Shown piece by piece: positions 48,516 through 58,963 of a stretch of 64,000 nt of DNA. The notes beneath the pieces were generated by a model that saw nothing but the letters and a program-made list of their open reading frames with translations, did not search any database and had not been told where the DNA came from. The position numbers and the translations under genes were made by a program. How positions within the stretch are numbered: the stretch's first letter is position 1; every line of letters begins with the position of its first letter. Location of the stretch: NCBI GenBank assembly GCA_965196605.1, contig CBDAKK010000008.1:608291-672290 (forward strand). Reading direction: 5' to 3'. This stretch comes from Spirochaetia bacterium. GTDB taxonomy: Bacteria > Spirochaetota > Spirochaetia > WTKD01 > G963693115.

Positions 48516-49961
48516 ATGGTGAGCAATGAGACTGTTTGTTTAAATACTCCTTCGTGCTACATTCTCAAGGTTAGAGCTGATGAATGTACGCCCATTACCC
48601 TGCTCTATTCCACAAATGCCATAGGTGTCTTGGAATCAGTGAATGCAGATTCTGGACGTAGTAGATACTCCATAGTTTTGGTGGAGGAGGCTGCGCGACT
48701 TGTGCAACGCGATGGCGTAATTGCCTTGCAGCAGGGCGAAGCGCAAGAAAAACACTATGAAGGCAAAGAAACCTTTCTTCAAATTTTGAAAGCATTTGCA
48801 GACCAGCACGCGCAACACGACATAAGCAACGCTTTGGGCATTCCATTTCCCGCAGGTGGCATAGGCTACTTGAGTTTTGAGTACGCACAGTACTGTGACG
48901 CCTTCCGCTTCGCCGAGCAAAAAAATTCTCTTAAGCAACCCGAGGCGCTTTTTATTTTGCCGCGCGTCTTCATAGTCTTTGACCATGTGGAAGAAATGCT
49001 CTACTTGGTGGCCTTGCATTATGAACACGCCTTGTTGCAAGACGAAGGCCGCAGCACAAAACCCCTTGCCACGCTTGTTGATGAAGTGAAAAAGGCCATT
49101 GCGCTCCGTGAGAGTAGTGGATATGAGGATGGAAAGAACGAAATAGTACCCAACCCTCAAGACAAGGCGCGTTACTGCAACGCGGTTGAAAAACTGCGTG
49201 AACGCATTATAGACGGCTACATTTTTCAAGCTGTGCCGTCTCGCAGAGTTACCGTGCGTTCAACCTTAAGCGCTTTAGAAGCCTATAGGCTACTCCGTCA
49301 CCACAACCCCTCACCCTACTTGTTTTACCTCAATTTTGGTGACCATAGCTTGATTGGCTCTTCGCCTGAGTCGCACGTAAAGTCGGTGCGCGGCAAGGTA
49401 ATAGTAACGCCCATAGCGGGCACGCGGCGTAGAGGTAGCGGCATAGCCGAAGATCTTGCCCTTGCTGATGAGCTTATAAACGATGAGAAGGAACGCGCTG
49501 AGCACCTCATGCTTGTAGACCTTGCGCGCAACGACATAAGCCGCGTGTGCATTCCAGAGTCAGTTGAAGTAAAACACTTTTTCGGGGTCAAATACTTTGC
49601 GCGCGTTATGCACATTGTCTCAGAAGTTAACGGAGACTTGCGTGCTGACAAAAGTGGCATAGATGCACTTGCAATGACCTTTCCCGCGGGCACGGTAAGC
49701 GGCGCACCAAAAATACAAGCCGTGTACGAAATTTCTCAACTAGAGGAAGAGCGCCGCGGCTTTTATGCAGGCGTGGTCGGCTACGTAGCCCCGGGCGGTG
49801 ACGTAGACACATGCATAACCCTACGGAGCATGCTTCACAAAGACGGCAACTTTTACCTCCAAGCAGGCGGTGGCATTGTCTTTGACTCTGAGCCCGAGCG
49901 TGAGTTTGAAGAAACACAAGAGAAAATTTCTGCCCTCGTACGCGCACTCGGTGTAGACTGA
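48516..49961 (+). CDS. Chorismate-utilising enzyme, anthranilate synthase component I-like (TrpE/PabB family)
   Basis: LESVNADSGRSRYS, PSPYLFYL, GTRRRG, DEKERAEHLMLVDLARND, FPAGTVSGAPK, RGFYAGVVGY. The ORF-track N-terminus (48267-48482) is repeat-derived. Alternative start at 48483. Confidence 0.85.
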   Translation: MVSNETVCLNTPSCYILKVRADECTPITLLYSTNAIGVLESVNADSGRSRYSIVLVEEAARLVQRDGVIALQQGEAQEKHYEGKETFLQILKAFADQHAQHDISNALGIPFPAGGIGYLSFEYAQYCDAFRFAEQKNSLKQPEALFILPRVFIVFDHVEEMLYLVALHYEHALLQDEGRSTKPLATLVDEVKKAIALRESSGYEDGKNEIVPNPQDKARYCNAVEKLRERIIDGYIFQAVPSRRVTVRSTLSALEAYRLLRHHNPSPYLFYLNFGDHSLIGSSPESHVKSVRGKVIVTPIAGTRRRGSGIAEDLALADELINDEKERAEHLMLVDLARNDISRVCIPESVEVKHFFGVKYFARVMHIVSEVNGDLRADKSGIDALAMTFPAGTVSGAPKIQAVYEISQLEEERRGFYAGVVGYVAPGGDVDTCITLRSMLHKDGNFYLQAGGGIVFDSEPEREFEETQEKISALVRALGVD

Positions 49962-50047
49962 TGTGAGCATGTGGCGTGGCTTTCACTCACAAGGCTTAAG
50001 CCCCGCGTACTTGCCCTTGCATTACCATAATGGAATAATATATAGGT

Positions 50048-50437
50048 ATGAATTCCATACAATACGTATCAACAGACGATGCACCGAAGGCCATAGGTCC
50101 CTATGTGCAGGCGAACATCTATGAAAGTTTTATTTTCACCTCGGGGCAAATTCCGCTCCATCCGCACACCGGCGAAGTAGTGGGGCAAAGCATAACCGAG
50201 CAAACCGAGCGCGTGTTAGAAAACTTGCAAGCAGTGCTTAAGGCTGCGCACTCGGGTCTGGAGCATGTCATAAAAACCACCTGCTTTCTTACTGACATGG
50301 GGCATTTTGCTGCCTTCAACGAGGTATATGCGCGCTACTTTGCTACTTCCACGCCTGCGCGTTCTTGTGTTGCCGTGCGCAGCTTGCCTAAAAACGTGCT
50401 GGTAGAAGTAGAAGCCATTGCCATACGCAAACCGTAA
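50048..50437 (+). CDS. ridA: RidA/YjgF family reactive-intermediate deaminase
   Basis: APKAIGPYVQA, TSGQIP, KTTCFLTDM, ARSCVAV, VEVEAIA. Confidence 0.9.
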   Translation: MNSIQYVSTDDAPKAIGPYVQANIYESFIFTSGQIPLHPHTGEVVGQSITEQTERVLENLQAVLKAAHSGLEHVIKTTCFLTDMGHFAAFNEVYARYFATSTPARSCVAVRSLPKNVLVEVEAIAIRKP

Positions 50438-50553
50438 AGCACAAGGTCTTGGGGTGCTGTTGCACCTTACGCCTTATGATATAATTCAATTATTATTATT
50501 CATGCCATAGCATGGGTATCTTACACACTTAAAGAAGTAAAAGGAGAATTTTA

Positions 50554-52617
50554 ATGACTATTCAAACTGCGTCATGGCTGCTCTTTGGAGGGGCAGTGGT
50601 TTCATTATTGTATGCATTTCTGCGTACCCAATGGATATATAAACAAGAGAAAGGAAGTGCGGATTTACAGCGTATAGGCTCATACGTTTCTAAGGGCGCA
50701 ATGACGTTTTTAATGCAGGAGTATAAAGTACTGCTTCCCTTTGTGTTGCTTGTGGCACTTGTGCTGCTTTTTGTAAACACGGGTATCAATAAAATGCAAG
50801 CCCTGGCCTTTGTGCTCGGTGCACTTGCCTCTGCAGGAGCGGGTTTTATAGGCATGAAAGTTGCAACTGCGGCTAACTCGCGCACCACGCATGCCGCCAA
50901 AAAAGGCATTAACGCAGCGCTTCAAGTTGCCTTTGCAGGCGGCAGCGTCATGGGCATGAGCGTTATTGGCTTGGCAACGCTGGGCATTTTTACACTGCTT
51001 ATCATTTTGCAAAACACCATTGGCATTGACGCCACGCTGTTTAAAGAAAACTACCTGCCCATAATCACGGGCTTTTCACTTGGGGCAAGTGCCATAGCAC
51101 TTTTTGCCCGTGTGGGTGGTGGCATATTTACCAAGGCGGCAGACGTAGGCGCCGACCTCGTTGGTAAAGTTGAAAACAGCATTCCAGAAGACGACCCCCG
51201 CAACCCCGCAACCATTGCGGACAATGTTGGGGACAACGTAGGCGATGTCGCGGGCATGGGCGCGGATTTATTTGAATCCTTTGTGGGTTCTATAATCGGC
51301 GCGCTTATCTTGGCATTTGCCGCGCCAGTAAGCGATGAAGTAAAATTCAAGCTTGCGGTGGTTCCACTATTCATGGTTGTACTCGGCGTTGTCGCCTCCA
51401 TAATTGGTGTGTTCTTTGTAAGGACAAAGCCGGGCAAGTCACCACAAAAGGCCTTGAACATAGGTACCTTTGCCGCTGCCTTCATAGTGGTTATTGCGCT
51501 ACTACCGAGCATAAGCTTTATATTAGGCGTTCCAGTTGGTGGAATAATTGAAGGCATGAGTTCAACCAAAATTTTTCTCGCTGCCTTGTTTGGCCTCGGC
51601 GCAGGCATAGTCATAGGGCTTTTGACGGAGCACTACACCGGCTTTAACACCAAGCCCGTTAAAAGCATAGCCGAGTCTTGTGAAACAGGCAGCGCGACCA
51701 ACATCATAACAGGCATAAGCGTTGGCATGTTTTCTTGCCTCCTCCCCATCATCACCATAGCCATAGCGGTTGGGGTAAGCTTTATGTTTGCAGGCTTCTA
51801 CGGCATTGCAATTGCCGCACTCGGCATGCTCATTACCATTGGCATACAGCTTGCGGTGGACGCCTACGGCCCTATTGCCGACAACGCGGGCGGCCTTGCG
51901 GTTATGGCTGAGTACCCACCAGAAGTGCGTGAAATAACCGACACGCTTGACTCCGTTGGTAACACCACCGCCGCCATTGGCAAAGGCTTTGCAATAGGCA
52001 GCGCTGCGCTTACTGCGTTTATACTCTTTACCTCATTTAAGGCCTCAGTGGGCATTAGCTCGGTCGACCTTACCGCTATTCCAGTAATTATAGGGCTTAT
52101 GATAGGCGCGGTAATACCCTACACCTTTAGTGCCTTTGCCATAGGCGCCATAGGAAAGGCCGCCTTAAAAATGGTCAACGAGGTGCGCCGTCAATTCAAG
52201 ACAATATCGGGTATTTTAGAAAACAAAAATAGTCCGGACTACGACCGCTGCATCAGCATATCAACAACTGCCGCACTCAAGGAAATGATAATTCCAAGCG
52301 TAGGCGCCGTGGTCATTCCCGTACTCGTAGGCTTTTTAGGCGGCGTACAAATGCTCATGGGCTTTATTGTTGGCGTTACCATTAGCGGCATAACCCTTGC
52401 CATTTTCATGGCAAACTCCGGCGGCGCGTGGGACAATGCAAAAAAAATGATAGAAGCAGGCCAATACGGCGGCAAGGGAAGCGAGTCTCATAAGGCTGCT
52501 GTTGTGGGCGACACGGTAGGCGACCCCTTCAAAGACACTGCAGGTCCTTCGCTGAACATACTCATGAAACTCATGGCAGTTATTTCGCTAGTAATAGCAC
52601 CACTCTTGGTGGGGTAA
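50554..52617 (+). CDS. hppA: Membrane-bound proton/sodium-translocating pyrophosphatase
   Basis: About 16 TM segments. DNVGDNVGDVAGMGADLFES, GGAWDNAKK, GDTVGDPFKDT motifs. Confidence 0.95.
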   Translation: MTIQTASWLLFGGAVVSLLYAFLRTQWIYKQEKGSADLQRIGSYVSKGAMTFLMQEYKVLLPFVLLVALVLLFVNTGINKMQALAFVLGALASAGAGFIGMKVATAANSRTTHAAKKGINAALQVAFAGGSVMGMSVIGLATLGIFTLLIILQNTIGIDATLFKENYLPIITGFSLGASAIALFARVGGGIFTKAADVGADLVGKVENSIPEDDPRNPATIADNVGDNVGDVAGMGADLFESFVGSIIGALILAFAAPVSDEVKFKLAVVPLFMVVLGVVASIIGVFFVRTKPGKSPQKALNIGTFAAAFIVVIALLPSISFILGVPVGGIIEGMSSTKIFLAALFGLGAGIVIGLLTEHYTGFNTKPVKSIAESCETGSATNIITGISVGMFSCLLPIITIAIAVGVSFMFAGFYGIAIAALGMLITIGIQLAVDAYGPIADNAGGLAVMAEYPPEVREITDTLDSVGNTTAAIGKGFAIGSAALTAFILFTSFKASVGISSVDLTAIPVIIGLMIGAVIPYTFSAFAIGAIGKAALKMVNEVRRQFKTISGILENKNSPDYDRCISISTTAALKEMIIPSVGAVVIPVLVGFLGGVQMLMGFIVGVTISGITLAIFMANSGGAWDNAKKMIEAGQYGGKGSESHKAAVVGDTVGDPFKDTAGPSLNILMKLMAVISLVIAPLLVG

Positions 52618-52705
52618 CATTTACGGCACATTATGCGCGCAAGGCTAGCACATGCTGTAGGCCTTGCGCAATTTTATGTAAACCTTAGGAGTTGTAGAGG
52701 AGCCA

Positions 52706-53494
52706 ATGAAAAACAGACTGTACCTTGTATTACACCCCCACACCGTCCTCGTTGCTTCGCAATTAGATCCTCCCCAGTTTGCTTCCCACTACATGTCGGG
52801 CTCATCTCGTCATTACACGGGCAAGCTCATCTATGCTGAGTTAAAGCACACCTTCCGTCATCCGTTCTTCCCCATAGGTGAGGTCATGCAAAACATGAAG
52901 CCGCACTCAGACGGCAGACCAAAGGCGACCAAGTTTATAAAAACATACCGAGTGCTTGAACACATCGACTTAAGTCAAGTACTCCATGCCTACCTAGCAA
53001 ATGCAAACGGCACATGCTTAGAGCTTGACAAGGGCGAACTCTACGCCCCCATTGCCGGCAGTGTGGGCGAAATACATTTCTTTGCTGAAATATGCCCCAT
53101 GAAAATGCTAGCAATATCGCAACTCAATTACAAAACCTTTGGACAATACAGAACAAACCCCCGTCACACAAAAGGCGCGCCCGCAATCTGTTACACGCAA
53201 ATTCGCTGTGACGCTGATGCACTCTTAAGTGATGAAAGCTACGCCAAGCATTTGAAGACTAACCTCTTCCCCAGCGCCAACATTGAAAAGCTACAGCGCG
53301 CTATAAGGGTACTCAAGGAGCGCAAAGACAAGGAGACCAAGGGCATACTGCTCGAAACCGACTTTACGCACATTTCTTACAAGTACCTTGAACACGGCAT
53401 AGTCCTGTGCAACAGCGACCAAATGGTTATCTTTACCATGCCGTCCTTAGAGGACATAGAAACAACAAACCCTGAGTTTTTCGCTTCACTCTAA
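52706..53494 (+). CDS. Hypothetical protein
   Basis: 262-aa ORF with native-looking composition and no recognisable motif. Confidence 0.5.
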   Translation: MKNRLYLVLHPHTVLVASQLDPPQFASHYMSGSSRHYTGKLIYAELKHTFRHPFFPIGEVMQNMKPHSDGRPKATKFIKTYRVLEHIDLSQVLHAYLANANGTCLELDKGELYAPIAGSVGEIHFFAEICPMKMLAISQLNYKTFGQYRTNPRHTKGAPAICYTQIRCDADALLSDESYAKHLKTNLFPSANIEKLQRAIRVLKERKDKETKGILLETDFTHISYKYLEHGIVLCNSDQMVIFTMPSLEDIETTNPEFFASL

Positions 53495-53616
53495 GCACAC
53501 AGCACACAGCAACGCGAAAAACACTCACAGGACTTAAGGCTATGGCTATCACAAATATGTGGTACAATGACCTAGAAATATTGCATGTCAACAAAATCCA
53601 TCATCATAATCTATGA

Positions 53617-55695
53617 CTAATCACTTTTTTTCTGTCTCTTTGAACGTGAGGGTGCGCATTTATTTTTAAGGATGGCAGATGTTTTGTCGGTGTTTTCAGA
53701 TGCCGTAAAGCATTCTGTGTATATTTTATGTGCACGGGCAAAGTCTTTTTTCATGTATAGTGCAAAGGCCTTTTCATACGCTTGGCACAACTTTTCCATG
53801 TTTTTCCCATCATCATCTGTTTTTGAACCAATCATTTCGTATATCTTAATGTTGTTTTTTCTTCCTTTTATTACAACAGAATCCAGAACTCGACAATAAA
53901 AATGATCCTTAACCGATTCATACATTTTTTCGCTGAGTATGATGTTTGTCATATACGTCTTATTGAGGCTTTCTAAACGAGAACTAATATTTATAGTATC
54001 CCCGAGAGCAGAATAATTGAGCCTATCATTAGAACCAATGTTGCCAACTATTGCTGTACCGGTGTGTAGGCCAAAGCGTGTATGTAATAATGGTTTTTGC
54101 TCAAATGTCCATTTGTTGTTAAGTTCAGTAAGCTTTTTATTACATTGATATACAGCATTGCAGGCAGTAAGCTCATGATCTGCCATTTCTTGTGGGGCAT
54201 TCCAAAAGGCCATAATCGCATCGCCAATATATTTGTCTATCGTGCCATGGCTCTTCATTATTATATCTGATAATGCACTGAGGTATTCTGACAAATGCTG
54301 CGTTAAATAAATGGGAGGCATTTGTTCAGCAATGCCGGTAAAGCCCTGAATATCACTAAACATGACGGTAATGTTTTTTTCTATACCGCCCGGCGTAGCG
54401 GCATGTTCTTCTTCTATAAGCTTACGCACAATATTGACGTTTACATACTTTCCAAAAAAGGTTAATCCGCGTTTGAGAGCTATCATGGCATCGTTTATTG
54501 TGTGTATTTCTTTATAATTAGTCGGGATGTATTGTTCATTATTGAGGTGAAAGTTTTTCATGTCGTCAAGTTGATCACTAATATTTAGTATTGGTTTGGT
54601 TATTCTGTTTATAGCGATATTTAAAATTACAATGAATACTGTGATAAACACTACAATTATGACCATTGAAGTCATAATTGGTGTTGTCAAAAACTTTGTT
54701 CTATCTTTTTTAGGGACAGTCGAAATGAGACGCCACGGTTTTTTAAAAGTATCGGGAAAATCCATAGATGAAAAAAGGTATTTATTGGTAAGTTTAGAAA
54801 GCAATGTTGGTTTCTTTGCGTTATTATTAAAATGATCGATTGCCATATTTCGTGTATGTGGTTCTTTAATATTATTTAAATACAATAAACGCGTATTTAT
54901 ATTTTGAGTATTTTGTGCTTTGTCTTCAAATTTTGTGACAGAATCAGGATTTGAATAAGCAATAATAAGCCCTGTCTCGATATTAGTTATAAAAGATTTG
55001 CTATTTTCAGATATGTTTTTCTTTTGTAGAAAGAAATTGAAGTCTTCTATGAGAATGTTAACTCCTATTATCGCATTGATGTTATTTTTTTCATCTAAAA
55101 TTGGGTGCGATAGAGTCAAGCCTAAAGATTTTATATTATAAAATTGATAAACATCAGAATAATGTGTCTTATTTTCTGTCGTTGTGTTTTGAAACCACGG
55201 CCGTGTTCTTGGGTCATACGGCTTTTCTTTGTACTCAGATTTTATTACTCCATAATCTTGGTTTCTATAAATCCATAGTTCATAAGGCTTGGGATTCATA
55301 CGATTTACAATACGGGTAACTTTATACTCTTGTGAATTTTTTATTACTAGTATCGCGTTTCCTTGCGTATCACCAATACATATACTTAAAGCTTGTGGAA
55401 TATCTTCTAGTAAATCCCACAATAGCTTCCACATTTTTTCTTTGTCTTCGACAATGTTAATTGCATTGTTTTGTATATACGATGCTAGAAAGTGTACGCT
55501 GCCAGCAGGTAGATTTAGATAGTCTATGGTTTCTGTAATGATAGACTCAGAATTTTCTTTGATTTCTTGCTTAGTTATTCTCATGATAATATCAACAGAA
55601 CTGAAATATAAGATAACAATTATTGCAAGAGTAATGATTAATGTAGCGATGGTCATCAGAGAAAAAAAACTTTTTTTAATTGTTGTTTGCTTCAT
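53617..55695 (-). CDS. Membrane-bound class III adenylate/guanylate cyclase with Cache-like sensor and HAMP linker (copy 1)
   Basis: TM1, about 300-aa external domain, TM2, HAMP-like NRITKPILNISDQL. Cyclase motifs VMFSDIQGFTGIAE, IGDAIMAFWNAP, GLHTGTAIVGNIGS, YSALGDTINISSRLE. Confidence 0.88.
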   Translation of the reverse strand: MKQTTIKKSFFSLMTIATLIITLAIIVILYFSSVDIIMRITKQEIKENSESIITETIDYLNLPAGSVHFLASYIQNNAINIVEDKEKMWKLLWDLLEDIPQALSICIGDTQGNAILVIKNSQEYKVTRIVNRMNPKPYELWIYRNQDYGVIKSEYKEKPYDPRTRPWFQNTTTENKTHYSDVYQFYNIKSLGLTLSHPILDEKNNINAIIGVNILIEDFNFFLQKKNISENSKSFITNIETGLIIAYSNPDSVTKFEDKAQNTQNINTRLLYLNNIKEPHTRNMAIDHFNNNAKKPTLLSKLTNKYLFSSMDFPDTFKKPWRLISTVPKKDRTKFLTTPIMTSMVIIVVFITVFIVILNIAINRITKPILNISDQLDDMKNFHLNNEQYIPTNYKEIHTINDAMIALKRGLTFFGKYVNVNIVRKLIEEEHAATPGGIEKNITVMFSDIQGFTGIAEQMPPIYLTQHLSEYLSALSDIIMKSHGTIDKYIGDAIMAFWNAPQEMADHELTACNAVYQCNKKLTELNNKWTFEQKPLLHTRFGLHTGTAIVGNIGSNDRLNYSALGDTINISSRLESLNKTYMTNIILSEKMYESVKDHFYCRVLDSVVIKGRKNNIKIYEMIGSKTDDDGKNMEKLCQAYEKAFALYMKKDFARAHKIYTECFTASENTDKTSAILKNKCAPSRSKRQKKSD

Positions 55696-56241
55696 AATGC
55701 TAAATTAACTTTTTTATATAAAATATCATGTTTTAGTATTAAATATATGCTTACCAAAATTAGTATTGGATTGATTATTGGATACATGGTAAAGGGTAGG
55801 TTTACTATTACCCCATAAAAACCATAAACGCTGTCACAAGGCCTAATACGACAAGAAAAAATCATGTTTATCTACAAAATTGTTGTTTTTATTCCCTCTT
55901 TTATACTCCTCGTTCTTCATCAAATACTTTAACTTTTTTGCTATTCGCTTTAATTACTGTAAGTTTTTTCCCTTGCAATAAATGCATGGTAAAAAAAGCA
56001 CAAAAACCAAATGTGAAACTTAAGTTAAAATAATGTGTTTTATATTGTCTCAACAATATTTCCATAAAAACTGCAAATGTAACGAGACTAGCACATTTTC
56101 ACCCTCAAAAACTCAAGTCTAATAGATCAATAAGGGACGCACAAGGCGTACTCAGTTAAAGAGCGGGCAGTTTGTTGTGAGGTGTTCTTCAGTGTGTCAG
56201 TATCTATAAAGCATCCCAAGCACGCCGCCTAATAATCTGGA

Positions 56242-58314
56242 CTAACCACTTTTTTTCTGTCTCTTCGAACGTGAGGGTGCGCATTTATTTTTAAGGATGG
56301 CAGATGTTTTATCGGTATTTTCAGATGCCGCAAAGCATTCTGTGTATATTTTATATGCACGAGCAAAGTCTTTTTTCATGTATAGTGCAAAGGCCTTTTC
56401 ATACGCTTGGCACAACGCTTCCATGTTTTTTCTATCATCATCTGTTTTTGAACCAATCATTTCGTATATCTTAATGCTGTTTTTTCTTCCTTTTACTACA
56501 ACAGAATCGAGAACTCGACAATAAAAATGATCCTTAACCGATTCATACACTTTTTCGCTGAGTATGATGTTCGTCATATACGTCTTATTGAGGCTTTCTA
56601 AACGAGAGCTAATATTTATAGTATCCCCGAGAGCAGAATAATTGAGCCTATCATTAGAACCAATATTGCCAACGATTGCGGTACCGGTGTGTAGGCCAAA
56701 GCGTGTATGTAGTAATGGTTTTTGCTCAAATTCCCATTTGTTGTTAAGTTCAGTAAGCTTTTTATTACATTGATATACAGCGTTACAGGCAATAAGCTCA
56801 TGATCTGTCATTTCTTGTGGGGCATTCCAAAAGGCCATAATCGCATCACCGATATATTTGTCTATCGTGCCATTACTCTTCATTATTATATTTGATAATG
56901 CACTGAAATATTCTGATAAATGCTGCGTTAAATAAACAGGAGGTATTTGTTCAGCAATGCCGGTAAAGCCCTGAATATCACTAAACATGACGGTAATGTT
57001 TTTTTCTATACCGCCCGGCGTAGGGGCATGTTCTTCTTCTATAAGCTTACGCACAATATTGACGTTTACATATTTTCCAAAAAAGGTTAACCCTCGTTTT
57101 AGAGCTATCATGGCATCGTTTATTGTGTGTATTTCTTTATAATTAGTCGAGATGTATTGCACATTATTGAGGTAAAAGTTTTTCATGTCGCCAAGTTGAT
57201 CGCTAATGTTTAGTATTGGTTTGGTTATCCTGTTTATAGCGATATTTAAAATTACAATGAATACTGTGATAAACACTACAATTGTGACCATTGAAGTCAT
57301 AATTGGTGTTGTCAAAAACTTTGTTCTATCTTTTTTAGGCACACTCGAAATGAGACGCCACGGTTTTTCAAAGGTATCGGGAAAATCCATAGATGAAAAA
57401 AGATATTTATCAGTAAGCCTAGAAAACAATGTTGGTTCCTGTGCGTTATTATTAAAATGATCGATTGCCAGATTTCGTATATATGGTTTTTTAATATTAT
57501 TTAAATACAATAAACGAGTATTTGTATTTTGAGCATTCTGTGCTTTGTCTGCAAATTTTGTAATAGAATCAGGGTTTGAATAAGCAATAATAAGTCCCGT
57601 CTCGATGTTAGTTATAAAAGATCTGCTATTTTCAGATATGTTTTTCTTTTGTAGAAAGAAATTGAAGTCTTCTATGAGAATGTCAGCTCCTACTATCGCA
57701 CTGATATTATTGTTTTCATCTAAAATTGGGTGCGATATAGTCAAGCCTAAAAGCTTTGTGTTATAAAATGCATAAATATCGGAGTAGTATGCTTTATCTT
57801 CTGTGCTTGTGTTTTGAAACCATGGTCGTGTTCTTGGGTCGTAGAGTGTTGTCTTTTTCTCAGATTTAACTATTTCATAATCTTGATTTCTATAAAACTC
57901 ATAGAAATCGGCATTCATACGATCTACAATAGTAGTAATCCTATATACTTTGGAATCTTTTTTTACTAGTAGCATGTTTCCTTGTATATCACCAATGTAT
58001 ACACTCATGACCCCGGAGTGTATTTCTAGTAAATCCCATAATAGCTTCCACACTTTTTCTTTGTTTTCGACAATGTTAATTGCATTGTTTTGTATATGCG
58101 ATGCTAGAAAGTGTATGCTACCGGCAGGTAGACTTAGGTAGTTTATAGTCTCTGTAATGATAGATTCAGAATTTTCTTTGATTTCTTGCTTAGTTATTCT
58201 CATGATAATATCAACAGAACTGAAATATAAGATAACAATTATTGCAAAGGTAATGATTAATGTAGCGATGGTCATCAGAGAAAAAAAACTTTTTTTAATT
58301 GTTATTTGCTTCAT
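56242..58314 (-). CDS. Membrane-bound class III adenylate/guanylate cyclase with Cache-like sensor and HAMP linker (copy 2)
   Basis: Paralog of 53617..55695. Cytoplasmic half almost identical; external sensor half visibly more diverged. Confidence 0.88.
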   Translation of the reverse strand: MKQITIKKSFFSLMTIATLIITFAIIVILYFSSVDIIMRITKQEIKENSESIITETINYLSLPAGSIHFLASHIQNNAINIVENKEKVWKLLWDLLEIHSGVMSVYIGDIQGNMLLVKKDSKVYRITTIVDRMNADFYEFYRNQDYEIVKSEKKTTLYDPRTRPWFQNTSTEDKAYYSDIYAFYNTKLLGLTISHPILDENNNISAIVGADILIEDFNFFLQKKNISENSRSFITNIETGLIIAYSNPDSITKFADKAQNAQNTNTRLLYLNNIKKPYIRNLAIDHFNNNAQEPTLFSRLTDKYLFSSMDFPDTFEKPWRLISSVPKKDRTKFLTTPIMTSMVTIVVFITVFIVILNIAINRITKPILNISDQLGDMKNFYLNNVQYISTNYKEIHTINDAMIALKRGLTFFGKYVNVNIVRKLIEEEHAPTPGGIEKNITVMFSDIQGFTGIAEQIPPVYLTQHLSEYFSALSNIIMKSNGTIDKYIGDAIMAFWNAPQEMTDHELIACNAVYQCNKKLTELNNKWEFEQKPLLHTRFGLHTGTAIVGNIGSNDRLNYSALGDTINISSRLESLNKTYMTNIILSEKVYESVKDHFYCRVLDSVVVKGRKNSIKIYEMIGSKTDDDRKNMEALCQAYEKAFALYMKKDFARAYKIYTECFAASENTDKTSAILKNKCAPSRSKRQKKSG

Positions 58315-58963
58315 AATGCTAAATTAACTTTTTTATATAAAATATCATGTTTTAGTATTAAATATATGCTTACCAAAATTAGTATTGGATTGATTATTGG
58401 ATACATGGCAAGGAGTAGATTCTATTACCCCATAAACACCATAAACGCTGTCACAAGGCCTAATACGACAAGAAAAAATCATGTTTATCTACAAAATTGT
58501 TGTTTTTATTCCCTCTTTTATACTCCTCGTTTTTTATCAAATGCTTTAATTTTTTTGGTTACTCGCTTTAACTCCTATAAGTTTTTTCCCTTACAATAAA
58601 TGCATAGTAAAAAAAAGAGTAAAAACAAAATATGAAACTCAAATTAAAGAATTGTGTTTTTTATTGTTTCAATAAGATTTCCATAAAACTGCAGACGTAA
58701 TGAGACTAGCGCACTTTCACCCTCAAAAACTCAAATCTAATAGTCAATAAAGAGCGCGCAAGGCGTACTCAGTTAAGGAATGGGCAGTTCGTGGCGGGGT
58801 GTTCTTCAGGGTGTCAGCATATTTACGTTTAGCCACATGTGCATAGCAACAAAAAGCGTAAGCCTGAACACACGTAACAATCCTCATATTTACGTACAAC
58901 TTCCACCCATCTTTGTAAAGTCATAGTTGCGAGAATGGCGTAAAAAATGTAGAATAATCCCAT

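Larger units (their letters stand above)
53600..58830. repeat. Tandem segmental duplication, about 2.62-kb unit x2 (cyclase gene plus about 520-bp upstream region)
   Basis: Gene ends are 2625 bp apart (53617 vs 56242) and starts 2619 bp apart. 55696-56215 and 58315-58830 are near-identical non-coding DNA. Confidence 0.9.

Noticed and set aside
53617-58314. Cyclases as a Pycsar/CBASS-type antiphage signalling system
   Set aside because: Both proteins have classic sensory architecture (TM-Cache-TM-HAMP-class III cyclase). No effector gene (TIR, TM-effector, nuclease) is adjacent. Environmental signalling is the simpler reading.
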